A stretch of 63,787 bases of DNA, filler included, from Peribolospora baueri (Eukaryota), in the NCBI GenBank assembly GCA_029717555.1. It is 3 parts of 3 records of this genome, joined end to end, with 100 filler letters (N's around TTAATTAATTAA, not from the genome) between each part and the next. Parts side by side here need not be neighbours in the genome. Positions count along the whole stretch, not along the records: positions 1 to 21,936 come from JAMDHS010000154.1; 2 more parts are not named here. One strand, 5' to 3'. Under the pieces are notes generated by a model, which saw only the letters and a list, made by a program, of their open reading frames with translations, was not told the DNA's origin and ran no database searches. The position numbers were made by a program, and so were the translations under genes. How positions within the stretch are numbered: position 1 is the first letter of the stretch; each line of letters starts with the position of its first letter. Positions 1 through 14,730 of this stretch are shown here, one piece after another.

Positions 1-42
1 AGTTACAAAATCTTTCTGTCACGTGACAGATCACATTCTACA
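1..42 (-). mobile_element. Terminus of a repeated element (LTR or TIR end, TGTAGA...) at the scaffold start
   Basis: The reverse complement of 1-42 (TGTAGAATGTGATCTGTCACGTGACAGAAAGATTTTGTAACT) aligns to 21891-21936. It contains a perfect 16-bp palindrome, TCTGTCACGTGACAGA, at 15-30. Confidence 0.55.
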
Positions 43-1063
43 AGGGCACTCCCTCCCTTACATCAATGGAGAGGAGACTTGCGTGCACATACACGACGGC
101 AGCTGCCAATATCCAATATGACACCATTAGGCGAATGGAATGGAACGAACGCCCCCTCGTGACGACGACCGGTCGACTGACTGCTGCGCTGTGGCCCGCC
201 GCCCTCCCACGTGGCCAGCCCAGCCCAGCGGGAGCTCGAGCGGTGTCGTCTTCTCGGCCACCTCGCTGGCACTCGTCGAGGGACAACGCGCTGAAAGAGG
301 AAAGAGGAGAGAGGAGGGAGGAAGGAGGAAAGAGGAAAAAGAGAAAGAAAAAGGAAAAGGAAAGACGAAAGACGGAGGGCGGTGACACCAGTAGCTCCCG
401 ACCGACTGACTGGCTATGCGTCACTGAGGACGACGCCTTGCACCGCCCTGGCTGGCTCCAATCCATCTGCTATCTGTCCCCCGATTTCCTCCCAGGCCCC
501 CCGATGACTACAGTAGATAGCTAGCTCAAGGCGCCGTCGGTCGTCATCGCCGCCGTTCTCATCGTCATCGTTTCGCTCCCTTCCCTCGCCCGCTCCGTTC
601 TAATTGGGTCGGCGTCTTCGCGTCCGACAATAGCCTCGTTTCGCCTACGCGTAAGCCTCCGCCCAGGCCGTCGCCGGCATACCGCACTTATCCAAGAGGC
701 CCGGTCCGGTGCTTACGTAGGGCGTCGTAAGCAAGCAGGCCGAGGGCGAATGTATGCATGCACGCAGAGTGCGTATGTATGATGGTGGGTGTATGATGCG
801 TCGAGGGCTCTGCGGGCGTCGTCGGCCGCATTGGCGGGGACGGCGCAGCGAGACGACCCGCTCAGCCTGACCGACGCTCCGTCGCGAGGCAGCAGAGCAG
901 AGACACCCAGGAGACGACCGACCGCCCCACCTCGAGCCTACAAATACCGCCCGCTCAGCGTCGGCCGTCTCTTTTCCCTCTTTCCTCCCTCTCACCATCC
1001 CACCACTTCCATCCTACGCTGCCCACCACACGCACACCTCTCTTCTTAACCAATACAAACAAC

Positions 1064-1786
1064 ATGGGTTTCTTCGTGAGTCCCTCCTCCTCCTCCCCTC
1101 CTTCTCCCTTCTTCCTCCACCTTCTCGTCCCCGTCGCATCACTAGGCTAACTCCACCCGCCCTCTCACGCCCCTTCGCAGAGCAAGGACAACCGCGACGA
1201 CGTTTACGACAGCACTGAGCACAAGTCGTCCTGGACCCACGAGGCGGTGAGTGGACGGTTTCGTAAAAGTCGCCGCCGACGGTTTGACGACGCCTTTCCG
1301 GTCCCCACCTCGGTCACTTACCGCCAGCCTTTCGCATTCCCCTCCCCGGCGTCGACGTCATGCAGATCGGTGGTGCCATCGGCTACGAGGCCTTCAAGAA
1401 GTGAGTATACCTCTCGCTCCCGTGTGTCCGTTCCACCATCCCTCCGTCGACACTGTCCCGCCGCCTCTGACCTCCCTTCCTTCGCCTTTGCAGGTACGAG
1501 GAGCACAAGGCCGCTAACGGCACGCCCGACTCGCACGCCAAGGCCAAGGAGATCCTCGTCGGTCTTGCCGCTGCTGAGGCTGACAAGCTCTTCGAGACCA
1601 AGGGCCTCGACTTCATCGACCGCGAGAAGGCCAAGCACGAGGCCAAGTGAGTGCTCTGTCCCGTCGATCGTCGTCCACCTAGCATTCCCCTCATGGCTCA
1701 CTCCCCCCTGCCTTTTCCCATCTCGATCACGTCTTGTCTCCGTCTACAGGAAGCACGCCGAGGAGCAGCTCGCCGGCGGCATCTAA
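1064..1786 (+). CDS. CipC-like protein (DUF3759), 5 exons
   Basis: Manual GT-AG splicing gives MGFF|SKDNRDDVYDSTEHKSSWTHEA|IGGAIGYEAFKK|YEEHKAANGTPDSHAKAKEILVGLAAAEADKLFETKGLDFIDREKAKHEAK|KHAEEQLAGGI*. The SHAKAKE and ETKGLDFIDREKAK motifs are typical of CipC. Confidence 0.9.
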
Positions 1787-2439
1787 GCACCTCGCTCTCC
1801 CCGTCCAACCCCGCGAGGCCGTTCGCCTCGCCGGCCGTGTCAATCAAAGTTACCCGCGTGCACAAATGAATTGAAACAAATACCAAACGTGATCGTAACC
1901 TTACGCGTCCTTTCTACGTACCCTGTCACTTCTTCATCGGCTGGTCGTCGGTGGACGTCGACGTGTGAAAGTGGGGGAAAAGACGGTCGTGTGAGTTGGG
2001 CGGAGCGTGCTTAAATTAGAACCGCGATCTGGCCAGGCCGGTGGTTGTCACGTGATCTACAGCACCGCATTCGCATGCCTGGCAGTGGCCGCGCAGGCGA
2101 AATGACTCTCGCTCGTCGGACCGTGACGCGTGCGATCGAAGTGATCGAGTCTCTTTCGGCAGCGACGTACGTCGTGTCCGCATCAGGCAAGGCGCCACGC
2201 GGCGGGCGGGTGGAAGAGGAGGAGAGGAGTGCCTTCGCGGACGTCTAGGGCTCGGGTCCCGAGTGGGGCCATGCATATAAGACTTTTTTTTTTCAGGAAG
2301 AGGGCCAACAAGTTCGTTACGCAGGTCGGGGCGTGTCCAAATAGGTTCCCCGGACGTACGGCAGAGGATGGGAAGAAGAGAAAAAAGACGAGATGAGATT
2401 CCGAGCTTCCAACCGTCGGCATCCACCCGCCACGCTTCA

Positions 2440-5400
2440 TCAGAATACGGCGCTGGCGCCCGTGACCGTTATACCCATCGCGGGCAAGTGCCCGGCCATC
2501 ATCCGCGGCGCGAGCCAGCTGACGAAACCGCCGCCGCTGCCGCTGCCGTCGTCGTTGTCGTCGTGGTGGTCGGGGCGTGCTCCGGCGCCAAAGAACGCTC
2601 TACGCCCGATGCCGTTGGCGTCAAAGTAGATCACGCTCGTGCGAGAGTCGGCCGCCGCGACCACCGCCGCCGCTTCGTCGTCGTCGTAGCGCCGAACGCC
2701 GGGTGTTTGGAAGCCAGTGTGTAAAGAAGGACGGGGTCGCTTGCGACGGTAGATTGGACGAGGCGTCGAGTCGAGCGACGTGGGATCGAACTCGGGGATC
2801 GCATACTCCCATTCCGAGTCCGTGTCCCCTTCCGCCTCCGCGTCGGTGTCGTCGGCCTCGTGGGCGTCGTCCTTTCTCGCTCCGGAGTCGGACGGCGACG
2901 AGAGGGAGGAAGGAAGGGTCCAAGAACTGTGGGGGGGACAAAGAGACAGAGAGACAACACGGAAAAGGGGGCCTACGAGTCAAGAGTCTCGAAATGCTAG
3001 GGTCCGTCAACAGAGCGCGACACACTCGAAGCGACGCCCACGCACCTTCCCAGATCAAAGAACCAGGTCGCCAAGCCACCCCAAGCCTTACCAGCCGCCC
3101 CACCGACCCAAGCCGTGCTCGCCAGCAAACGCTCTGCCACCGCTACCTGGGGCGTCAAGAAGGAGAGGCCGAGCAGGGAGAAGTGGGAGGGTAGGGCGGG
3201 TACGGCGGTCGGTGGCAGAGATCGGATGGTGGACTGGACGTGTGAAAGAGAATGAGAGACGTGGCGACTGTCAGCGTCGCCTTCCATGCGAGCGGAGCCG
3301 CCCACCCACGAGGACAATGACGGAGAGAGAAGGCAAAATGTTTGCAAGAACGTGCCCCGTCCCGTGTCAAGCAACTCACAGCCATGAGTCCCCCACCCGC
3401 CAAAAACTCGAGCAGGACGCTCCCACCCTGCATCCTCTTCTGCCCTTCCGCGACCGGTGACGCAGAGGCCAAAGGGGAACCCACGACGTCTTTCGCGGAT
3501 CTCTTCCTCGCTCCGTCCTCGTTGCCTCTCCCCGCGACACGCACGACGGTGCCAGCCCTACTGCTCGGACCCGGGCTCCGATCGCCCATCTCCAATCCGT
3601 TGATTAAGCTGCGCGTCACCACCAGACTACTTGCATCGCTCTCCCCGTCCTCCTTCACATCCCAGTCCGCTACAGCCACGGAGGTGGAGTCGACGACGAG
3701 GAGGGCGTCGTCGGAAGCGTGAAGACTGGCATAGTGTTCGGCCCAGACGCGGTCTTCGAGAGAGGGATCGAAATCATGAATCCGTCCCACGTCAGACCGG
3801 ACATTGTTGTTCGCCTCCCCCTCGGCGCCCGTCCGTCCGTCTTTCCCGACCGTCCTCGAGCTGCCACCGCTCGTCCCGCTAGCCTGTTGCACGTGTGTCC
3901 GGGAGCCGAAGAGGAAGAAATCGCTACCTTGCCCTTCATGAACCTCGAGCCGGCTCAAGTTCTCCGGCGTAAGCTGTTGGCTCGTCCCGCCGCCGTCAGT
4001 GGCGAGAGTGCCCACGCTGGGCACCCTCCCAGAGCGCGAGTACGGAGAGAAAGACCGGCCAATGCCGTCCGTCGCGACGCCCTCTGCCCCTCGCACCGTG
4101 TCGACGGAGGCAGCATCGTCGTCGTCATCGTAGTCGCCTGCTCGCGCCGAGGAAAAGAGACTGGCGACGTCGACGCTTTTTCTCGCATCGAGGAAAGCGC
4201 GCAGTTTCCTCTCCTCGTCTTCATCTTCCTCCGTGTCTTCGGCCGCGGAGAAATAGAGCCCTGTATCGATCGAGGAGCGTCTGTCCGACTCGGCCGTGGC
4301 GTACTCGGTCCCAGGACCGGAAAAGGCGTCGAGATAATCGGAGACCGAACCGTCCGATATCGTCGAGGCGGTCTTCACGTGCCCGTTCTCCCGGGAACCG
4401 TCGTCATCTTCACCTCGGCTTTTTTGCCCTGCTCCACCCACGCCATCACCGTCAAACAGCACAGATTCTGCCAAAACGCCCACGATCGACCCGCTCTCGT
4501 TATCGACTAGTACGACCGAGTTGCGGTAGGATGATGTGTGACTCGCACGGGAGGCCGAGCGTCGTACAGGACGAGGTTGAGCCGTCAAGAGCTCTTCCTC
4601 GGTCCTCTCCGGCTGAGTCGCTTCCTCACTTGATGGATCCCCGATATCGGTGACGAGGGCATGGTCGTCCGACGTTTCTTGATCTTCTGGCTTTGCGGCC
4701 CCTCGGCCGGGAACCCATCGACCAGATTTGAGCATGCTAGGCTTGTTTGGCACGGGCGGTGGCAGCCTGTCGACCTTGGCGTCCGCCTCGATACCCCCGC
4801 CGTTTCGGATGGTAGCCGTTGATTGCACGTCTACATGGAGGGACAGATACGGGCCGTCCTGGTTGGGGCAAGGGTCGCCCTGGGCCGTCTGTGAGAGAGG
4901 TTGGAACCGAGAATCAGGACAGACGCCGTGAGGTATGGATTGAGAGATGAAGGGGGGAAGGTGAGGAACAGGAAGGGGATGGTAGGCCGGATACATGTAT
5001 AAGAGTCGCCGGAGATGAATTGCAACAGGCGCTTGGGCACTGTGAAGGATAGGCCGCAACCAACGTGGTCAGGACTCGCCTCGAACCGGCTCATAACGAA
5101 TTTATTTTTTTTGAGTTTCAGCGTCATTCGATCCTATATCTCACCCGCTCAACCAAAGCGTCCAAATGGCCTTTCTGCCTCCACTTTGAGCAGCCTCACC
5201 GCTGTCATCGTCGGTCCACCAAAGGCTCGCGCCCTGTCTACCCTTCTGTCCCATCCCCAGACCTTCGTAAATGGCTATCTTCTTGTCCAACACAGGGGAG
5301 CCGGTGAGCACCTTGAGAGGCAGGACCATGCCACCGACGTTGAGCACCAGCGCTTGCTCCATCGCCGAGGGATTGTGTCGCAAGGCCGGGTGCGTGGACT

Positions 5401-5758
5401 GCGTGTGGAGGAGGTAGAGCAGGAGCGGACCGAGGGTATCGTGAAGTACTTGATCACCTCGCACATGCTCCTTCGACCCCATCCCCTGCGGGTCGTGTTT
5501 GCCACCATTGTCCTTGCTCTCCTCCGACACAATCTCCACCTGTCCTCGAGCGCCCAAACGGATCGGTCCGTCGCCCAGGTCGTCCGGCTCGACGCGACCG
5601 TTGAGTCGCGGTGGGGGGTGGAGGGCAGGGAGATGCTTGGTGAGACGAGCGGAGGGGAAGGTAAAAAGCGTCTGCATGTGTGGTGCGGCCGCGGAGGGTC
5701 CGGCGGGGGTCGGAGCGGCTTGAAGCGCGAGCTCGCCATGCTGGTACGGGTTAAGCAT
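2440..5758 (-). CDS. Multi-exon hypothetical protein, distant fungal spartin/senescence-domain-like
   Basis: ORFs 5141..5758, 3155..5059, 2997..3374 and a final frame ending at 2440 join through GTGAG/GTGCG donors. Motifs VVLVDNESGSIVGVLAE and VIYFDANGIGRRAFF resemble fungal senescence-domain proteins (recalled, not searched). Confidence 0.5.
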
Positions 5759-6538
5759 CGTGTGGAGGGGGGTATCGAAGGGGTATCGGCGGTAACCAAA
5801 GCGGCCCAGTCGTGAAGAGGTCGTGAGCGTCGTAGCAAGTCGTTGTCGTTGTCGTCGCCAGCGGGCAGAAGGAGATGTGCTCTCGATGAGGAGCTCTGCC
5901 CGCTCGAAGTCCGCCCGCCGATCCTCGCTCGTCCGCGCATCCCACTCTTATACCTCCTCCCCCGCTCGAAGCTCAGGGGCTCCCATAGCTGCGGCGCACG
6001 TCCCCACGTGGGCAGACGGACGGACGGATAAATTGTAGATAGATAAAATGAATTTCATGTCCACCTGGCCATCCTCCGTCGTCACCTTGTACGGAGTGGT
6101 CTTCGGACGCCTTCATGCGAGCTCCTCGGTGTGACAAGCAGGAATGGCGCGACGGTTGCAAGCAACATGATGTCAGCGAGCCACGCACTGCAATGGCGGG
6201 TGGATCAGTCCATCCGGGATACAAGCAAACGGAGGCTTCCGCAAAATCGCTTCCGCCCATGCCGGGACAGACATCGACGAGAGGCAAGAAAACAAAGAGC
6301 AATAAACAGGACTTCTAACAAAGCCGGGCCCGTTCACTCAGCAAAGCAAAGCGAAACGACCAGAACTGAGAAAAGGAGACAGAGAGAGGGAGAGAGGGAG
6401 AAAGGAAGAGAGGCAACGAGGTCGATCGAGGTCTAGTCTGACGGACAGCAGTCCTCCGGCGTCCGCTACCATTAGTACCTAATGTCCATGAAACCGCCCT
6501 CACCGCTTGTCCACCTTCCCTCCAACGTCGACCGTAGC

Positions 6539-8698
6539 CTACCGCCGTCCGCCTCCGCCCTTCTCCCCTTTCACCGTTCCCCGTCGCCGGCGGGGCTGCG
6601 CCTCCTTCGCCTCATCCGTCGGACTGAGATCGCGTTCCAAGTCCGCAGCGAAATCATCTAAGTCATCCTCGCTTCCTCCATCCTCCCCGCTCTCGCTCTC
6701 CTCGCTCTCGCCCTCTTCGTCGTCGCTATCGTCGCTCGAGCTCGAACTCGAGCGGTCCGACGCCGGTCGACTGACACGCGGTTTGGGACGAGTAATGGGA
6801 GGAAAGTGGGCGGCGGGTGGGGGGAGGGGCGAAAAGGATGGGACCGGTGGAGTTGTTGCGCTCGGGTTAGGACTTGACGTGGGCGTATGAACAGAGCCAA
6901 TGCCGGCGGGAGAGGCAGAAGCTGGCACAGCCGCCGGTCCACCAGTCGGCCTCGGCGATCCAGTGCGCGGCCTTGCGCGTGCCTCGGCTGCTAGGGCCGA
7001 CAAGGGTTTGATCGCGCTCGATCCTCCGGAGCCCCCGCCGCCGTTGTTGCCCTTGTCTGTGCGCGGCGACGAGTCGGTCGAGCAGGGACGAGAGCCGCCT
7101 CCGCCAGACAGCGCCGCCGGCGTCGAAACTCGGGCTCGGCGGACCTGGTCGGCGTTGAGAGTCGGGCTGGTCACCGTCTCAGATCGACGTAGCCCGTCGT
7201 GACTGGCTTTGGACGCTGGGTTCGTCTTGCCTTCGTCAGGTCTGACTTTGGTCTCTGCTGTGGTCTGAGCTGGAGTAGGCTCCACCGGCTCGACGGAACG
7301 AACGCTCGTCCCTACCTTCTTGGTGCCACCGTCCGCATGATCGGGTTTGACCAGATCGGAGCGAGCTTGAGACGAACTAGGAGAGGAGGAGGCTCTCGCC
7401 TTCGAGAGCTGCACGTCGGAGAGAGAAGAGGATGAAGAAGGACTCATTGAGGCACTCTTCCCTGCCGCGGAGGAGACCTTGGCACCCAGCGATGTGGGGC
7501 GGGAGTCGAAAAATTTTGAGGCTAACGAAGGCGAGGAAGAAGAAGAGGAGGAGGCCCGGGGTAACGCCAATCTTCCGCCCTCTCCCTCCCTTCTTCCACT
7601 CTTGCTATGTCCCTCAGCGACAGGTGGCGACGAGCGGCCCTTCTTTCCACTCGTCCCGCGACGTCCTTCATCCGCCTTTCCTCTCTTCCGCTTGGCGCTC
7701 GCGCTCGCCTGCAGATTGGCTCGTTGCTGCGCTTGGATCTGCTCGCGCGGTGAGGCCGTGTGTAACGCTTCCGCGCGCGGCTTGCTCGGGCTCGTCGAGC
7801 TGCCCCTCGATGGCGGCGAATCGGCCGCACCGGTCATGTCTCTCTCCAGGCTGGCGTCGGCAGCGTCCGCTTCGAGCTCGGAGAAGCCCTCGTCAAGCTC
7901 TCGGTCAAACGCCTCGTCCATAGTCACGTCTTCGTCCGCCGTCGGCCGTTGCAGTTGCCCTTGTCCCTTTTGAGAAGTCTGGTGTCCAGAGCCGAGTGGT
8001 GATTGGCGCTGGCCACTGGTGGCCAGCGACGTAGAACTGCCGCGACCAGGCGATGACGGGAGTTGCGTTTGAACGCGTGCACCAGCGTTGTGATCGTTCG
8101 AGGACTTGGAAACGGTAGGATCGAAGGAGGCGGTAGCAGACAGACACTCAAGCGTGAACCTCTGCGACAATGCAGGCAAACGACGGCCATGGTCAGGTTA
8201 GTCGGACAGTCTTCCAGAGGCCACTAAGGGATGTTCGGTCCACTGTACGTCCAAAGCACTCACCTGGGTCTCCTCATCCCAGAGGAGGATACACTCTGTC
8301 TCTGTGGCACACCCGTCCCCGCCCATGAAGGACGTAGTCTCGCCCGACACCCCTCCACTTCCCTGCCCCTTTGACGATCCACGCCAGCTCGCATTCCCGT
8401 TACTCTCACTCTTGCCCGTCCGCATCTCCTCCTTCTGCCTCTCATCCTTCCCCCCCCGACCTCCCCTCTCTTTCCCCTTCTCCCCCCCGCACCGCTCCGC
8501 ACCCCCTTTAAGGTCCCCCGCTTCCCGCCTCCTCTCGCCCCGGAGCAGCAGAGCCTGTAGAAAGCCCTCGCCAAGCTCCACCTCAAATGTGCCGTACATC
8601 TTCCGCGACGAATACGACGCCGTCTCCCTCCGTCGCATCCTCGTCGGATCCGGCAATAGGTCCGTCGCACGGGTTGGGAGTCGGCGAACGGAGCCCAT
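6539..8698 (-). CDS. ELL-associated factor (EAF)-like protein with a long disordered S/P/D-rich tail; ends uncertain
   Basis: Spliced motif TSFMGGDGCATETECILLWDEETQ|RFTLECLSATASF fits the EAF core (F.G...EC.L..D....F.LE.L). It is followed by a 546-aa low-complexity ORF. Further 5' exons may extend to about 9078. Confidence 0.55.
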
Positions 8699-9513
8699 AA
8701 GTCGGCAAGGGGGCCCGAGAAGATCAAGAGCGAGGGGCTGTCGCAGAGTGGAGGACCCGGGCGCCCGTTATCAGAACTCTATGCGCAAGAAAGAAAGGAT
8801 CTGCTTAGATAGGGCCGGTGGTGCCGCTAGGGAGATTGCAGGAGAACTGCGTAGGCAGCCTCCTCGTGCGACACGCCCCGTCCGTCCGCCCGTCCTTCCT
8901 CCAATTCTTCCAAAGTCCTCTTAAGAGGTAGATTCAGCAGGTTGAAATGTACCTCTTCATTCGCCTCTAATTGGCTCCAAGGTGTTGGAGACGTGATGTC
9001 GGTGGGTATGGCTTGGAATGGCGAGTGGTAGGAGATGCGTGTGGCACGGTCGTCCTCGGATAGGAAGAGATGCGTCAAGCACAGAAGGTATAGGCAAGTT
9101 GAGAGCCGTATGAGGGCCCCTTGTCGCTATCGTCGTCCTCGTCGTGTCGTTCGTCCTCGTCCTGATTGCTCTTGGCCTGTCGTCATCCGTGTCTCTCCTT
9201 GGTACCCACCTTCACCGTAACAATGCCGACATCCATCGTTCGAATTCGAATTACCGGCCGCAGCCACAAGCCGATCACGTCAATCATTTAAACTTAGTTT
9301 CCTCTTTCGCACGACAAAGACGATAAGCACAGGAATAGCGAGCGACATAGGAAGGAACGAAGACACTAATGAGACAACAAAGGAGAGTCGAGTCGGTCAG
9401 GCTGGATGAGAACGATGAATTTACATGGGGCTCCTGATTCATCGAGACGGGCAACCGGCAGAAATCCGTAGACACGGTTTGAGCGTCGTCACCGCCGCGG
9501 TGCTTCACATTGT

Positions 9514-11362
<1,849 letters not shown>

Positions 11363-12639
11363 AATGGCAAGCACAAGGGAGACCAGATAAAGGGAAGTGT
11401 GTTCGAGTTAAAGAAGGGAAAAGAATGGATGGACCAGCGATAAGGGAGGAGGTGGAGTTGGTCTTGGAGGGGAGGACCGCTGACGACACCCCGAAAGGGG
11501 CGACCCGGCTCAGCCGATCGGACGCTCATTCCCCGCTGGGATTCACACGAGGGCACGTGGTAGCATGTGACTTATATTGATGCGAGGAATGAGTGAGCTT
11601 ACATTCGCATTAGACAGGAGAGAAAGGCACGTTAGAAAAGGAAGAGAAATAAAATGCACCCGTCCCCCAAGCGTCCGGATGCGATCGTAGTCACTTCTCG
11701 GTTTGGGAACAACCTTACCACGGCGATTCTCGTTGTCGAGAATGGAACCCCCGTCCCACCGCCGCATACTTGGAAGCGGCTCGTTTATTTGGCTCCTAGT
11801 TTCAAAGGTACATGATATACAAACGCCGTAGTGAAGAAAAAGAAAAAGAAAGCTAGAGCTGGGCGCACCGCGCCCACCCGCCATCCGCCTCAGCATCCGG
11901 ACCAATCTGGACGTGGCAACCTGGGAACGAGAAGGAAGAAGTATACGAGATGGTATACTTATTGAAAAGCGGAAGTTTCACTGGTGAATGGGGCGGCTGG
12001 GGCTAGTTGGGGCGGCGTTCGGACGATCTGCTTCTTGGCATGGGGCCGGTATGTCGAGGAGTGAGGTAGCGAAAGCGGAGAAGGCGCTCGGCGTCGTCAG
12101 GGAGGAGGAAGGGGACCAGGGTCTAAAGGTCATACAAAAGAAGAGGAAGAGAAGAGACGAGGGGGCCTTGAGTGTAAAGAAACGAGGAAAAAAGGAGAGA
12201 GAGAAGGATGGAAGAGATCTGGCGAGAGAGACTCGCGCGAGGAAGAGGCGAGGTGTGGGGCGAGATCCTGGAGACGATGCAAGATGCAAGGGCCTTGAAT
12301 CAACCTTAGTACACGACATCCCAAATGAAAGCCATAAGTAGCAGTGCCCATTGACAAGTATATTTTTAAGGGTTTACACTACAGGGAAGCATACAGTGCG
12401 GAGGATGGAAAGGGGAGATGACTGGTGTCTTGTCTACCGTTAGCGCTCCTTCAGCTGAGCGGAATCCGAAGACGCTCATTCCCAACGTAGGCCTAATGTC
12501 GCCGGGTCGAGACTCACGCGGAAGTGAGCCTATGTCGTTTCCAATCAGAACGTTGCACGCAAGGTGCGGCTGGACATGAAAGATCTTAGCGAGCCGCCCG
12601 TCCTTAGTCGGGATGAAGAGGTCCAGTACCGCATACGTC

Positions 12640-14115
12640 CGCTAGCTCGTTATGTTGGCGTTGACACTGCGATAGTGGAGAGGTGTCCATCGGAAAGCTC
12701 GCACCGTTCCGCATGAGGAAAGACGCGAGCGAGGAGGCTTTGACCAACCATCGAGGGTCCGGAGCCGGTATCGAAACAGGCGATTGCTTCGGTGATGGAG
12801 GTCGGGCTGGGTCGGAAAGTGACCTCGAGGTAATTTGAATCGCGGAAGGCATAGCCGGAGCTGAATGCATGCAGCGCATCTGGCTCGATGACGGGCAGAA
12901 CGAAACCCCAAGGCGCCCATTCCCTACAGAAAGGCTGAGCTCCAGTGGGACCTCCAGGGCGCAGGGGCACCAGTTGGTACCCGCTGCGACCCGTTGGGGG
13001 CAACAAAGGTCGGACCATTGGGAGTGGGGAGAAGGGGGGGAGGTCTACTACTTGGTGGAGGAAATAGGCTTGGAGGGGAGAGGTCTACTCGGGTGGAGAA
13101 ATGGGAAAGATCTATTTGAGTGGAGGGGTGGGTTTGACAGGAGCGATCCTGCGACCAACCCAAGTAAAGGTCAACGCGGCTTCGACAAGAGCAAGTTCAA
13201 ACCAACCCCGAGAAGACCTTGACCCACTTCGAGAGATTCGACAACTCTTGCCACATGACCCGCACTTCGTTCACATCTCGCAGCAGCTGGACCATGGTCC
13301 ATCTGACTACTCTCGCAGAGACGATCTCCTCTTCTACAAGGATCGTCTCTACGTCCCGGGCAACGAACCCCTCCGAACGCGCCTCCTCGAACAAGCACAG
13401 GACGGAGGAATGTCGCGAGGTGCGGGAAGAGAGCGGTGTCGTTGCTCAGAGGTTCGCCTCGTTCCTCTGAGCCGGGCAAAAATCCTTGGACTTAGGAGTG
13501 GTGCCACAGCGACTCGAGTTGTTCGCTTGGCAAGGGGACATTGTCGTGTCGAACAGCGTGTCCCGACTGGCCGCAGTAGAGGCACAAGTTGTTGTCCATC
13601 CTGTGCTTCCTTTGCTCCGCGGTCAAGGGTCCACGCTTTGCTCCTAGTCGTGTCGATGTCCATCGGGACATATTGCGACGGGGAGCTGGTGTTCGGTGCA
13701 GTCGCACGAGGAGCGGGATACTGGGGGCGCGATGTCGAGGGGCTTTGGTTAGTTGGCACAGGTCTCATGATCCAACGTAACCTTCGACCGTGGTGGTCAT
13801 TCCAGGCCAGAAAAATTGTGCCAGGTTGGACCTGGTTTTGTCACGTCCGGGATGACCAGCTAGTGGGCCGTCCTGTGCTTGTTCGAGGAAGCGCGTTCGG
13901 AGAGGTTCGTTGCCCGGGACGTAGAGACGATCCTTGTAGGAAGATGATATCGTCTCGGCGAGAGTAGTCAGATGGACCGTGGTCCAACTGCTGCGAGATG
14001 TGAACGAAGTGCGGGGCATGTGGCAAGAGTTGTCGAATTTCTCGAAGTAAGTCAAGGTCTTCGAGGGGGTGGTCTGAATTTTCCCTTGTCGAAACCGCGT
14101 TGACTTTGACTTAGA
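12640..14115. mobile_element. Degenerate, scrambled Ty3/gypsy LTR-retrotransposon relic (gag zinc knuckle plus two integrase Zn-binding fragments)
   Basis: gag C-terminus PMDID...RGPLTAEQRKHRMDNNLCLYCGQSGH on the minus strand (about 13530-13700). Integrase N-terminus LLFYKDRLYVPGNEPLRTRLLEQAQDGPLAGHPGRDKT...FFWPGM is present on both strands. Stops and frameshifts throughout. Confidence 0.85.
13162..14112. repeat. Inverted repeat: arms about 13162-13405 and 13869-14112, spacer about 460 bp
   Basis: GTCAACGCGG...CACTTCGTTCACATCTCGCAGCAG...GAACAAGCACAGGACGG on + reappears as its reverse complement, roughly 90% identical by eye. Confidence 0.9.
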
Positions 14116-14730
14116 GATGCCTAAGACTCGGGTGATGTAGGGAGAGGAGGAGGCTTGTGGAGTGGAGATGAAGGGAAAACAGGCAAGAACCCGATCCCTT
14201 CTTAACCTTTCTACCTGGGGCTGGGCTGCTCTTCGTTCATGACAAGGACCTTTGTTGGTGTCCCACCTTGGGGTGAAGATTGCAAATACAAGACAACGTC
14301 CCAACGGTAGTGAGCGGTGAGCCAGATCTGAGAGTTCTCGATCCAAGGTGAAAATTGCAAAGAAAAGGTCTCTCGACGGAAGGGCGAGGGAAGGAGCGCA
14401 TTAAGCTTCGATCACGCGCTCGATCAGTCACGTGCCGAATAAGGAACGCAGATTGGAAACGGCGAGCGAGAGCCGGTCCGCGGACCTGGAGGCTCGTTTT
14501 ACCTCCTTCGCTACACTGGAGCGCTTTGCGTCACATTGGTCTTAATGAGGATATTGCTACGGCTTGCAACTGGAGAGCTAGAGTACAAGAGCGACTAGAA
14601 ATACAAGGACAGGTGGTGGTAGTGCTGGTGGACCTAAACTCGAAGTTCCCCGGGGCGTGTCTCATGATGGGGACATTGAAGACCTGGAGAGACTGAAGCC
14701 AGACCTTCAAAACACTGTGGGAACGGAAGA

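Noticed and set aside
38..1049. Several short overlapping ORFs at the window start
   Set aside because: Low-complexity purine/pyrimidine promoter sequence upstream of the CipC-like gene.
13101..13967. 288-aa plus-strand ORF as a gene
   Set aside because: Integrase fragment running into antisense gag and integrase sequence.
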